In this document: positions 32,253 through 51,820 of the stretch, piece after piece
Layout of the letters: every line of letters begins with the position of its first letter
Numbering within the stretch: position 1 is the first letter of the stretch
Origin: the human T2T-CHM13v2.0 reference genome, Homo sapiens
Length of the DNA stretch: 64,000 nt
Assembly (NCBI RefSeq): GCF_009914755.1
Contig: NC_060947.1
Strand: one strand, 5' to 3'
Notes under the pieces: generated by a model
The model's input: only the letters and a program-made list of their open reading frames with translations
Database searches by the model: none
What the model was told of the DNA's origin: nothing
Position numbers and translations under genes: made by a program

Positions 32253-33296
32253 ACGTTCTTTTATGTGTTGTTGTAATGGCTTGAGTTGGTTGGCCTCCAG
32301 CCAGGAGGTGGGGCTTTCAAGAGAGCATCAGCTGTGGTAGTATAGCGGGGATTCAATCTTTCCCTAGGGTCACCTGGATAAGTATTCTGGTTTCTCAGGC
32401 AATGGGCAGGGACATAGAACTCCCAAGAGATTTCATCTTCAGCTACCAGGGCATGTAGAGAAAGGCCATCAGGGCAGGTTAGGCATGTCTGAGCTCAGAC
32501 TCTCCTTGTGTGGGGCTTGCTATGGTTGCTGTGGGAAATAGGGGTGTTGTTCTCAGGTTAATGGAGTTATGTTCCCAGGAGGATTATGGCTGCCTCTGCT
32601 ACATCATATAGGTCACCAGGGAAGTGGAGAAAAGCCAGCAGTGACAGGCCTCACCCAACTCCCATGCAGCCAGCAAGGCCAGTCACACTCTCCCCGTACC
32701 CACCAACAGCACCTAGTTTATATCCAGGAAGCCGGTTTGCAGGGCTGACATCTTGCCTTGCTACAAGCATCCCCATGGAGAAAGCAAGCAGGGCTTTCAG
32801 GCCCTGCCCCTCCCTGCCTGCCACAGCTTCTGTGCTCGTATCTATACTTCCCATTCATCTCCCTGGATTCTGCCCAAGAAAATTCATGCTCAGTTGAAAT
32901 TATTACAAAGCTCAGCTGTGAGTTTCCTTCTCTCTGTGGCTGTTCCCCAAGGAACCCTTGAAATAGAGAGCCCTAGTGAAAAGGAAATGGCTAGTCTGGG
33001 CTTCCCTGAAGACCGTGAGTGCCTACAGGGTTCTTCCCACTGCTTCCTCTACTTTTATATTTCTCTCGGCTCTCCAAATTTGTTTCCGCTCTAAGGAAGG
33101 TGAAATCCTTTTCCCACAATCAGAATTTTTAGATTCCCCAGTGGGGATGCATGTTCAGAAGTGGACTTTCCCCCTCTCAACACTTTGGGCACTCACAGGT
33201 TTTTGGCTGTCTCATGGAGTTTGCAGTGGCAAGATGCTTCTTTCAAAGGATCTGTGAATTCTTTCTGCTTTCCTGGTATGTTCCTGTGGTAGTTCT

Positions 33297-33596
33297 TTTT
33301 TTTTTTTTTTTTCCTGAGACAGAGTCTCGCTCTGTCGCCCAGGCTGGAGTACAGTGGCGTGATCTCCTCTCACTGCAAGCTCCGCCTCCTGGGTTCACGC
33401 CATTCTCCTGCCTTAGCCCCCCGAGTAGCTGGGATTACAGGCACCCGCCACTGCGCACGGCTAATTTTTTGTATTTTTAGTAGAGATGGGGTTTCACCAT
33501 GTTAGCCAGGATGGTCTCGATCTCCTGATCTCGTGATCCACCCACCTCAGCCTCCCAAAGTGCTGGAATTACAGGCATGAGCCACCACACCCGGCC
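33297..33596 (-). mobile_element. AluY
   Basis: TSD CCTGTGGTAGTTCTT. Confidence 0.93.
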
Positions 33597-33836
33597 ACCC
33601 TGTGGTAGTTCTTAGATCAAAAGTTCATGGTGTGAGTCTCCACATGTTGCTTTGTCCATCCAAGTGGGAGCGGCAAGTTAGTCCTGCCTCCTATATGCCG
33701 TATTTTTGTCTGGTTTTAATTCTGATGGTTAATTTTATGTGTGAACTTGACTGAGTCATACGGTGCCCAGATATTTGATTAAACATTCTTTCTAAGTGTC
33801 TTTGTGAGAGTTTTTCTGGGTGAGATTAGCATTTGA

Positions 33837-36305
<2,469 letters not shown>

Positions 36306-36311
36306 GCAACA

Positions 36312-36313
<2 letters not shown>

Positions 36314-36378
<65 letters not shown>
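36314..36378. repeat. Compound (TA)n(CA)n microsatellite
   Basis: Seen directly. Confidence 0.97.
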
Positions 36379-36380
<2 letters not shown>

Positions 36381-38249
36381 TTTATGTAGAATGGTATTTA
36401 TTAAAATACCATGTGTACTACTGCAGACTGGAAATGGTAATGTTTAAATAAATTACTGTATATCCGTTATAAAAAAAAATTCAGCGGAAGGGAGAATTTG
36501 TTCTCTCTGCCTGACTGCATGAGATAAAACATCAGTCTGTCAGACTGGGACTTACGTGATCAGGGTTCCTGGTTCTCAGAACTTTAGACTCAAACTGGAA
36601 CTTACACTATTGGCTCTCAGGTTCTCAGGAGGCCTTTGGACTTGGAGTAGAAATTATACCATTGTTTCTCCTAGTGCTTATACTTTGGGCTCAAAGTAGG
36701 ACTACACCATCACCTTTCCTGGGTCTCCATCTCACTGATGGCAGACAGTGGGACTTCTCAGCCTCCATAATTATGTGAGCTAATTCCTCAATGTAAATAA
36801 TGTAAATAATAATTTATATACATATACCTCATTGTTCTTTCTCTATAGAGAACCCTACTGATAGTTATTCCAAAGAAACAGAATTTTAGGAATGAGTTTT
36901 TCTGAATTGGTTCTGAAGTTTCTGGAATTGGCTCTTCAATCTTAGTAGTTTTGATGATGCTAATGACACTGTATCAAGTAATAAAAAGAGCACTGGTAAT
37001 CTGTGGCATGATCTGACAATGGAAATATGCAAAGTATCTTCAATAGATGCTCTTAGTCAACCATTTATGAGAAGCAAGTAGCTGGGTGACTATATATGAT
37101 AATATTTAACATTTTTGAAAAACAATGAATAAAATGAGGTTGGCTTGTAGCTTCTAACATGACTGAACAAAGTGCTAAAAGAAACAGATGAGTTCAGGAA
37201 TTCCCAGCCAAAGTGGTAGATAAATGACCTGAAAGCTTCTATGTATCTCCTAAAGGAGATGCTTATTGCATGTAGCCACAGGACTGAGATTTCTGAAAAC
37301 CACAGAATTCCATCTGTAAATAGCCGAATTACAATGATAGTTGAACTCCCAGTCTTGTAGGGTATCTACTGTTAAAATGAGGGCACTGATTTGTAAAGAA
37401 TTGGATCCTGTAAGTTAGGATGGGGATGTGTGGGAAGACCCTTATGAAGCCAGGGATACTGAGTGCCTAAATTCCAATGCATCTTATTTGCCAGGAGACG
37501 AGGCCTCCCTGCAACCAGTAGAAGCAGCTTCCAACTGCCCATGGTATTGGCCTCTCCAATCCTGTCTGAAGGGATCAACGCTGCGTTGCTTGAGGAAACT
37601 CAGGCCACTATACAAGACAATGTTGATTCTCCTCTGGACCCATCCCTCTTTGCTTCTAAGGCCTATAATAAGAATCAAGCCCTAACAGATCCCTAAAGGT
37701 AAGGTACAAAGTGTGACCAATGAAGACACGTACTACACTCCAAAAGAACTACTCAAATTTTCTAATTTATACAGATAGAAATCTAGGGAACATAGGTGGA
37801 AACAAATACTAATGTTGGAAAAAACATAAAGTTGAATCTGGCCAAATTTATTGATAGGGGCCTACTATGCAGAGATTCTGATTTTAATGTTGCAGCTCAG
37901 GGAGTTAGAAAGCATTCTAACAATTTGGTTGGTTGGTTTGCTAAAACACGATGAAAAGGTGGCTCACAGTGAGTGAGATGGAAATGCTGGACCTGCCTTG
38001 GTTTAATGTTGAGGGGAGGATTCAAAGGCTTAAGGAGAATGGAAGGTAGAACTTAGAATAGTTCTTCTCACTCACACTGGGAAGGTATAGAAAATGTACC
38101 TTTCACTAACACTGTGAGAAATACATTTGTAAAGAGAGCCCTGGTACAAGGAAATTTGGAAAAGAAGTGTGTGGAAAGACTTCTCTGAATGGAAAAAAAG
38201 TGTGAAGATATTTGTATCTTGTGTGAACACTCACTCATGGTTGATCACA

Positions 38250-38601
38250 TGTTTTACTCCATTTGGGGCTGCTCTAACAAAGTACCATAGACTGGGTAGC
38301 TTCTAAACAACAAATTTATTCGCATGGTTCTCGAGGCTTGGAGTTCCAAGATCAAGGTACCAACAGCTTTAGTGCTGGTGAGGGCCTCTTTTATAGATAG
38401 TGCTTTCTTGCTGTGCCCTCTCATGGTGAAAGGGGCAAAGCAGCTCTCTGGAGCCTTATTATAAGGGCACTAATCACATTCATGAGGGTTCTACACTTAT
38501 GACTTAACCATGTCCCCAAAGACCTCACGTCCTAATATCCCCTTGGGGACAGGATTTCAATATATAAATTTTAGGGGCACACAAACATTTGAAAAATAGC
38601 A
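38250..38601 (-). mobile_element. Solo MaLR LTR (MLT1A/MST-like) inside ERV-L pol
   Basis: TG...CA termini; GCTGCTCTAACAAAGTACCATAGACTGGG; ERV-L sequence resumes afterwards. Confidence 0.82.
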
Positions 38602-40862
38602 CTACAGCAGAGAAGGATTTTAATAATCAAACAGACAGAATGACCTGTTCAATGATTACCAGTCAGCCTCTTTCCCTACCCACCCCAGTTACTGCCCAAT
38701 GGGCTCATGAACAAAGTGGCCATGGTGGCAGGGATGGAGGTTACATGGCTCAGCAATATTGACTTTCACTCACCAAGGCTGACCTGGCTACTGCCACTGC
38801 TGACTACCCAATCTGCCAGCAGCAGAGACCAACACTGAGCACCTGATATAGCACCATTCTCTGGGGTGATGAGCCATCAACCTGGTATCAGGTTGATTAC
38901 ATTGGAGTCCTTCTATCATAGCAGCGGCAGCGTTTTGTCCTTACTGGAATAGACACTTTGGATACAGATTTGTCTTCCCTGCATGCTGCACTTCTGCCAA
39001 AAGTGCCATCGATGGACTTACAAAATGCCTTATCCACCATCATGATATTCCACACAGCATTACATCTGATCAAGGAACTTCCTTCACAGCAAGAGAAGTG
39101 CTGCAGTAGGCCCATGCTTGTGGAATTTACTGGTGTTATCACGTTCCCCATCATCCTGAAGCAGCTAGCTTGACAGAGTGATGACATGGTCTTTTGAAGT
39201 GTCAGTTACAGTGCCAATACCTTGCAGGGCTGGGGCAAGATTTTCCCAAAAGCTGTATATGCTCTGAATCAGTGTCCAATAGATGATGCTGATTCTCTGA
39301 TAGTTAGGATTCACAGGTCCAGAAATCAAGGGGTGGAAATGGGAGTGGTACCACTCACCATTACCCTAAGTGACCCACTAACAAAATGTTTTCTTCCTAT
39401 TCCTGCAATCTTGTGCTTTGCTAGTCTAGAGGTGTTAGTCCCAGAGGGAGGACTTCCACCAGGGGACACAACAATGATTCCATTGAACTGGAAGTTAAGA
39501 CTGCCACCCAGCCACTTTGGAATCCTCGTATCTCTGAATCAACAGGACAAGAGGCAGGTGCAATGTTGGCTGGGATAACTGATCCAGATTATGAAGTGTA
39601 AATTAGACTTAATAGTCCAATTTTGTTAGTGGGTAACTAAAGGTAATGGTGAGTGGTGCCACTTCCATTTCTACTCCTTGAGTCCTGGGTGGAAATCAAG
39701 GGGTGGAAATGGTAGTGTAAACTGGTATAATAGACTTTTAGACTATTAAGTGTAAATTGGACTATTACTACTCTGCAATGGAGGAAAGAAAGACTATGTC
39801 AAGAATACAGGAGGTGCCTTAGGGCATCTCTTAGTATTACCATGCCCCGTGATTAGGTCAATGGAAAACCACAACAATCCAATTCAGGCAGGACTACTAA
39901 TGACCCAGACTCTTCAGAACTGGAGATTTGGGTCACCACGTCAGGTAAAAAACCAGTACCAGCTGAGGTGCTTGCTAAAGGCAAAGGGAGTACAGAATGG
40001 ATGGTGGGAGAAAGTAGCTATAAATACCAGCTATGACCATGTGACCAGTTACAGAAACAAGATCTGTTATTGTTATGGGTGTTTCCTTCTTATGTTGTTA
40101 TGAATACAGTTGTGTGTGTGTATTTCAAATATCTTTGTCTTCTTCCTTCTCTTATCCCCTTATCATGTAACATAAGGTGCATTGACTTTATATCGTAACA
40201 TTTAAGTGTTGTTATTTTATATCATAGTATTTAGTTTTTAATTAACAAAATAGCAAGGAGAAAAGTAAACTCACTCAAGAATACCTATTCTTCTGTGGAA
40301 GGGGTTAGTGCGTTTTCAGTTGAATGCATGATATTTGTATCATGTTAGGTAAAATTGTAACCTTGTTATTGTCTTTAAGTGGAGAGTATGGCTTAAGGAG
40401 ATGTGTATGGGTGCCAAGTTGACAAGGGCTGGACTTGTGATAGTTAATTTTGTGTGTCAACTTTACTGGGTCATAGGGTACCTAGATATTTGGTTAAGTA
40501 TTATTTCTAGGTGTCTCTGTGAAGGTGCTTCTGGGTGAGATTAGCATTCGAATCTAGACTGTGTAAAGCAGACTGTCCTCCCCAATGCAGGTGGGCCTCA
40601 TCCAATCCTTTGAGGACCTGAACAGAACAAAAATGTGGAGGATGAGAAAATTTGCTGTTGTTGCCTGACTGCATGAGCTGAGACATCAGTTTTCTGCCAT
40701 TAGACTGGGGCTTACACCATCAGCACTACTGGTTCTCAAACCGTTTAACTCAGACTATAATTACATTACCAGCTTTCCTGATTCTCCAGCTTGCAGATGG
40801 CAGACCGTGGGACTTCTCAGGTTCCATAATCATTTGCTGATTCCTCATAATCTCTCTCTCTC

Positions 40863-40865
<3 letters not shown>

Positions 40866-40906
<41 letters not shown>
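40866..40906. repeat. (CA)n microsatellite in MLT2 LTR
   Basis: Seen directly. Confidence 0.97.
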
Positions 40907-40908
<2 letters not shown>

Positions 40909-41569
40909 TCTATTGGCTCTATTTATCTGGAGAACACTGACTAATACACATGGCTAAATCCTTATCATTTAAGTCTTCAAATAGTATTTCCTCAGAGAAG
41001 CCTTTCCTATTACTGCCTATCCTGGGAATTGCAAATACCTCAAGGTCCCAGAGAATAGTCAGTAGCAAAGGTACCGTGGTAAGTACCATTACCCAGATTC
41101 AACAATTATCAACATTGTGTCATTTTTGTTTCACCTATCTCTTCCACTGGCTTTTTACTTGATCATTTTAAACAAATCCCAAACACTGTGTCACTTCAAA
41201 CCATAAATATTTCCATATGCATGAAGACTTTTAAAAATCATAACCACTATATTATTGCTCTAACAAAATTAACAGCAAGTCCTTAATATCATATAATACC
41301 AAGAACATAGTAAAATTTCCCCCATTGCCATATATCTTAAAAAATATTTGCTGAATAAATGATGAACAAATGAATATGTGTCTGACAGTAAACTTTCTAA
41401 AGCCTTGAAATACGAAACATAATCATCCTTATTAGAAACATTAGGATGACATATCAGAAGAACCATGGTTTTCAAACTTTTTAACATATTCCCCATACCT
41501 CTGTATGTTTTCAAAATTTAAAAGGTGGAGAATTAGTTCAGCAAGTACTGTTTTAGTCATGCAGATGAA

Positions 41570-42320
41570 ACCTAAGAGTAAAATTCTGTATTGGATATTT
41601 ACTCAAGGAAAAAGAAGATATGTCTTTGCACAGATACTTATACAGTAATATTCATAGCAAATTGACTCATAATAACTAAACACTAGAAACAACCCAAGTA
41701 TGTATCAACTAGTGAATGGATAAACTTTGATATATTCATACAATATAATGCTACACAGCAATAAAAAAATACACAAAAAAGATGGATGAATCTTACAAAC
41801 ATTATGTTGAATAAAAGAAGCCAGACGCAAGAGTATGTACTCTGTGATTCCAATTATATAAAATTTGAGAGCAGACAAAACTAATTTATAGTGAAAAGCT
41901 ATCAGAATAGCGGTTTCTGTGGGAAGTGGGGTGGGGTCGGATTGACTGGAAATGAGGCATGACAGAACTTTCTGAGGTGATGGCAATTTTATTGGGGGTT
42001 TAGTTACACAGATGTGTACACTTTTCAAAATACATGGAATGGTACCCTTAAGATTATGCATGTTTTTGTATGTAAATTTTAACAAAACAGAATAAAATAT
42101 TTAGGTAGATGTCTTACTGATGTCAGCTATTTACTTTGAAATGCATCAGAAACATAAGATGGCTTGACGAAAGATAAATAGAGGTATGCATATGTGGATA
42201 GATATGTGATATAGCAACACAGAAAAATGTTAGCAGAAGAATCCAGTTTGGGGTATACAGTTTGTTTACTATACAATTCTTCCAGCTTTGATATGTGTTT
42301 AAAATTTTTTAGAAATAAAA
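41570..42320 (+). mobile_element. Ancient L1ME-like 3' fragments
   Basis: GGATGAATCTTACAAACATTATGTTGAATAAAAGAAGCCAGAC motif. Confidence 0.7.
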
Positions 42321-42453
42321 TGTGGAGAAAAATCTCCATAGTGGTTTTCAGAAGATGGGAGGAAAAAAAAGGGCTAGTTTGAGAACATATATGACTTAGC
42401 CTTTCTGAGATACTTGCTGAGCTGCCTCTCTAGCTGCCTTTGGATGAACTGAC

Positions 42454-42574
42454 CTCCACTTCCAGTTCTTGTGTAAACCGGTAGCTTTTTGGCCATATCA
42501 ACAAGCATCTGCTTCTGGACCTCAGGTCTTTCTTCATTTTCATAGCGCTCCTTGTCTGTGTAGGACAAGTGGAA
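42454..42574 (-). CDS. ZDHHC15: ZDHHC15 coding exon (approx. exon 4), 121 nt: FHLSYTDKERYENEERPEVQKQMLVDMAKKLPVYTRTGSG
   Basis: TTCCAG acceptor, GTCAGT donor; G+CT joins the next exon in frame as Ala. Confidence 0.96.
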
Positions 42575-43479
42575 CTGGAAGCAGGAGTGAAAGGTAAGAC
42601 TTTATTATCTAAAGTTAATAGAAAAGATTAAAACCAACAACAATAACTACTTTAATGAAATTATTTGTTACCTACCCTTGAAGCTCAGGTACCACTTAGT
42701 CTTATAATGTTCTCTGGATAATTACTTCAATAATCTGGCTTTTATCTCAATTATCAAAAGCATGAGATATGTGTATTTTTTAATAAAGAAAATAAAACAG
42801 AGAGATTCAGTAACTTGCCTAAAGTTGGACTCAATCAACTAACAAGTGGCAATGCTGGACCTCAAACTCAATTCATCTGATTTCAAGACTTGTCCCTTTC
42901 CATTGATTCATAATATGATGTTGCATACAGATGTGTAACACATTTTTGCCAGGGCCCTGTTGATAATTAACCATGCTTACCAAGTTGCAAGAGTTTTCAC
43001 AGGTAACACTGATAACACCCTTGGAGAAGCTGGATGAGACTGCTTGTAACATTGTCTGCATATTCTAATCTTGTAAATAAGGGGAAATTTAGATATTCTC
43101 ACTATTGAATACTTTTTTAGTCTCGTATGGAGCTTGTTGCCACAATAGTGCCACATTTTGCTAATCTTGCAAAAGATATGCCATTGATCTTCAAAAGTAA
43201 TATGAACCTGAAAGCATTTATTCTATCTGTGCCGAAGGGTAGACTGAGTTGAAAAAAAGGATCTGTGGTCAGAATTTCTAGGTTTAAGTCTCATCTCTAT
43301 TACTTAATAGAAAATCACTTTGCAAAATCAGACATTCTCAACCTGTTTCTTCACATGTAAAATAGAAGAAATAATACCTACTTCATAATATTGGTGCAGA
43401 AGTGCCAGATAATAACAGGTAAATAAAAATCTCCTTTAGAAGTCTAATTTTTGAATTGTTTAAAAATATTTGATGTTGC

Positions 43480-48166
<4,687 letters not shown>

Positions 48167-48352
48167 AGAATGGCAATAATTAAAAAGTCTGGAAACAACA
48201 GATGCTGTCAAGGATGTGGAGAAAGAGGAATGTTTTTATACTGTTGGTGGGAGTGTAAATTAGTCCAACCACTGTGGAAGACAGTGCGGGGATTCCTCAA
48301 GGATCTAGAATCAGAAATATCATTTGACCCAGCAATCCCGTTACTGGGTATA
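48167..48352 (+). mobile_element. Orphan L1 ORF2 C-terminal fragment abutting an L1 tail
   Basis: [18 protein letters not shown]...AIPLLGI. Confidence 0.85.
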
Positions 48353-48494
48353 AAGAGACTGTTTTTAGAGACAACTACTGGCAGAATCCTCTGAGCAACG
48401 CTGCTCTATGACAACGTTTCCTCTCTGAGAGCAGTTGGGTCCAGCACTTACCAAACATAACAGCAACGGGTGTCTCCCCTGTCAAGGCCACATA

Positions 48495-48710
48495 CTGTAA
48501 ATTTAGACAGATCCAGGTTCAAGTCCCAACCACTTAAGTGCCATTTAAATTCTGTGACTTGGAGCTTCTTGCTTAATTTCTCCAAGCTTTAATTTCCTCA
48601 TCCAAGAAATAGAGATAATAATATCATCCCCATAATTACTGTTAAATGTAAAGCATTTAGCTGTGGTGTTTGGCACAGTGTAAGTACTCAACAAATGTTA
48701 GCTAAAATAA
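48495..48710. mobile_element. MIR
   Basis: TTTGGCACAGTGTAAGTACTCAACAAATGTTAGCTA 3' motif. Confidence 0.7.
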
Positions 48711-48769
48711 TAAACATGTATAACATTAAAAAACTGATATTTAGAAAAAATCTAAAAAATATTTGATAT

Positions 48770-49292
48770 TGCCAATGTTTTTAATTTTAACTCTTCTAGT
48801 TGGTGTGTTGCATTAGTCTATTCTTGCAAACCATATCATTTGTAGTGGCATCTTATTGTGATTTTATTTTGTACTCCTTTCATTACTAATGATATTGAGC
48901 ACCTTTTCATGAGTTTATTGGCCATTTGGATATCCTTTTGTGAAATAGCTTTTCAAGTCTTTGGTCCATTAAAAAAAGAATTGTGTTGTTTGTCTTTCTT
49001 TGTTATTAATTTGTAGAAATTCTTTATATATTTTGGATACTAGTCTTTGGTTGAATATTTTCTACCAGTCTGTGGCTTTCCCTTTTACTTCCTTTATGGT
49101 GGATTTTGATGTACAGAAGATCATGGTGGGAGTGCAGATTTATATAATCAGTTTGGAAAATTTTGTCATTATCTATTTATGCTAAATATATGCCTGTCTT
49201 ATGACCCCAGCAATTTTATTCCTACTTATATACACAAGAAAAATGAGTATCTGGGTGTATATGTGTGAGCATGTATTAAAGTTTTATTTACA

Positions 49293-49332
<40 letters not shown>

Positions 49333-50130
49333 CTCTGATACACAGAGTCAGCCTTCCCTATGTATGGTTCCACATTCATGCATTCAACCAACTGGATTAA
49401 AAAATATTTTTAAAATTAACAATACAAGAAAAATACTACAAATAACAAACAATACAAAAACTATTTACATAGCATTTATAGTGTATTAGTATTGTAAATA
49501 ATCTAGAGATGATTTAAAATATGTAGGAGGGTGTGAATGGGTTATATGCAAATACCATGCCATTTCATGTAAGGAACCTGAGCATCTGTGATTTTGGTAT
49601 CTATGGGAGGTCCTGAAATCAATCCCCTGTGGGTACTGAGGAACAACTATATTTATATGCCAAAAGACATGTACAAGATTGTTCATTGGAGCTTTATTCA
49701 TAACACACAAAACAATGGAAACAAGTATACTTCAATGGCTGAATGGTTAAACCAAGTGTGATAAAAGGGAATAACTAACAGCAATCAAAGGAAATTAACT
49801 ACTGAAAAATGCATCAACATGGATAAATTTGAAAAACACTGTGTTGAGTGAAAGGTACACATAGAATAGTAACAACTAGGATTCCTTTTTTATGGACTTC
49901 AAAAACAGGCAAAACCAATCTATGGTGATAGAAGTTAGCGTAGTAGTTACCTCTAAGAGGAGGTTGATTGAAAAGAGGCATGAAGATTTATGAGATACTA
50001 GAATGTTTAAAATTTTAACCTGGATACTGATTACTTAGGTATAATATATGGGGAAACATTCATCAAATTATTGTCTTTAAAACTTAATTCTGGGAGTAGA
50101 GTCTGTATGTTATACTTCAATAAAATTAGC
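48770..50130. mobile_element. Ancient L1M fragments (minus to approx. 49120, plus afterwards)
   Basis: Degenerate L1M motifs in both orientations. Confidence 0.6.
49345..49650. mobile_element. MER2-like Tigger/TcMar non-autonomous DNA transposon
   Basis: Degenerate terminal inverted repeats; internal AGTAATCTAGAGATGATTTAAA-type motif. Confidence 0.75.
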
Positions 50131-51516
50131 AGAACAAATAATAAAATATTTGAGATAATTTAAATATATCTAACTTAAAAAATTGAAAACATATAAAATC
50201 AAACACTGTGTTTTAAGAACCACACCTAGTGGTGCGTTTTTATGGTACTGTCATTCTCAGGTAGAGTGAGAATTAAGTACCCTGCTTGGGGTATGTGGAA
50301 CTATGTAGGGGCATTTTTGGCTATTACAATGAATGTGGTGTACCATAGGCAATTAATCCTTAGCCTAGGGTGCTAAAGATTCTCCAATGAACTGAACAAA
50401 TTCATACTGTTTTTCCCAACCAAAGGTCAATAGGTGGTATGGGAGGGGCCTAGATGGCTGATTAGAAGCAGCAGTCCGTGGCACTCATGGAGAGGAATGA
50501 AAGTAGTGAGTGAGTTCAGCACCTTCAACTAAAATATACAGGTTCTCGCATTCGGACTGACTAGGCAAACAACTAGACCCATAGAGAATGAAGAAAAGCA
50601 GGGTGGGGAAATAGCCCTCCCAGGAGTGGCACAGAGACAAAAAAAAAAAAAAAAAAAAAACCCCCAGCCAAGGGAATTGGTGAATGATTGTGCCACCCTG
50701 CTCAGGAAATCACTCTTCTCCCACAGATCACTGCAACCCACCGATAAGGAGATCCTCTGGTGATCCCATGCCACCAGGGCCTTGGGTCCGATACACAAAG
50801 CTGTGTGGAGTCATGGCAGAGCAGCTGCTCAGCCACACACAGAGACCCAGGAGTTTTACATACTCCAGCCCCAGTAGCCCCAGCAAGGTGGGAGATCCAT
50901 TTGTACATACACCTAAGAAGAGGGCTAAATCTAGGGAGTCAAGCAGTGTCATTCTGCAGGCTCCACTTCCATAGCACTGTACAAGCTAAGACCCACTGGC
51001 TTGTAATTCTAGCCAGCCAACTGCAACAGGCTGAAGTCTGCCTGAGATGAGATAAAGTTCCTGTGGGGAGGGGTGGCTGCCATCTCTGTGATTCAGTCAG
51101 CTCAGCCATTCCAGCCTGCCAGCTTTGGAGAGTGCAAATGGCCCAGAGGAGGAAGGACCCCCCAACAGTGAAGCGTACCTACTTTGCCAGGTTGTGGCCA
51201 GGCTGCTTCTATAAGCAGGACCCCAATCCATTCCTCCTCACTGGGTGGAGCCTGTCTGTGGGGACTTCAGCCACTCCAGCCAGGGTAATACAGAGAGAGC
51301 TCTGATTTCTCCCTGGGACAGAGCTCCTGGGGGATGGGGCAGCCACCATATCTGCAGTTCAGCGAACTCAGCCATTTCAGCCTCCAGTTTTAGAGAGTGA
51401 AAATTGTCCCGATGAGGAAGGGTCAGTTTGGAAAATTTTGGACTTATCTATTTACGCTAAATATATACAACACAATGAAGGACAGCTGCTTTGGCAGATC
51501 ATGGCCAGACTGCTGC

Positions 51517-51820
<304 letters not shown>

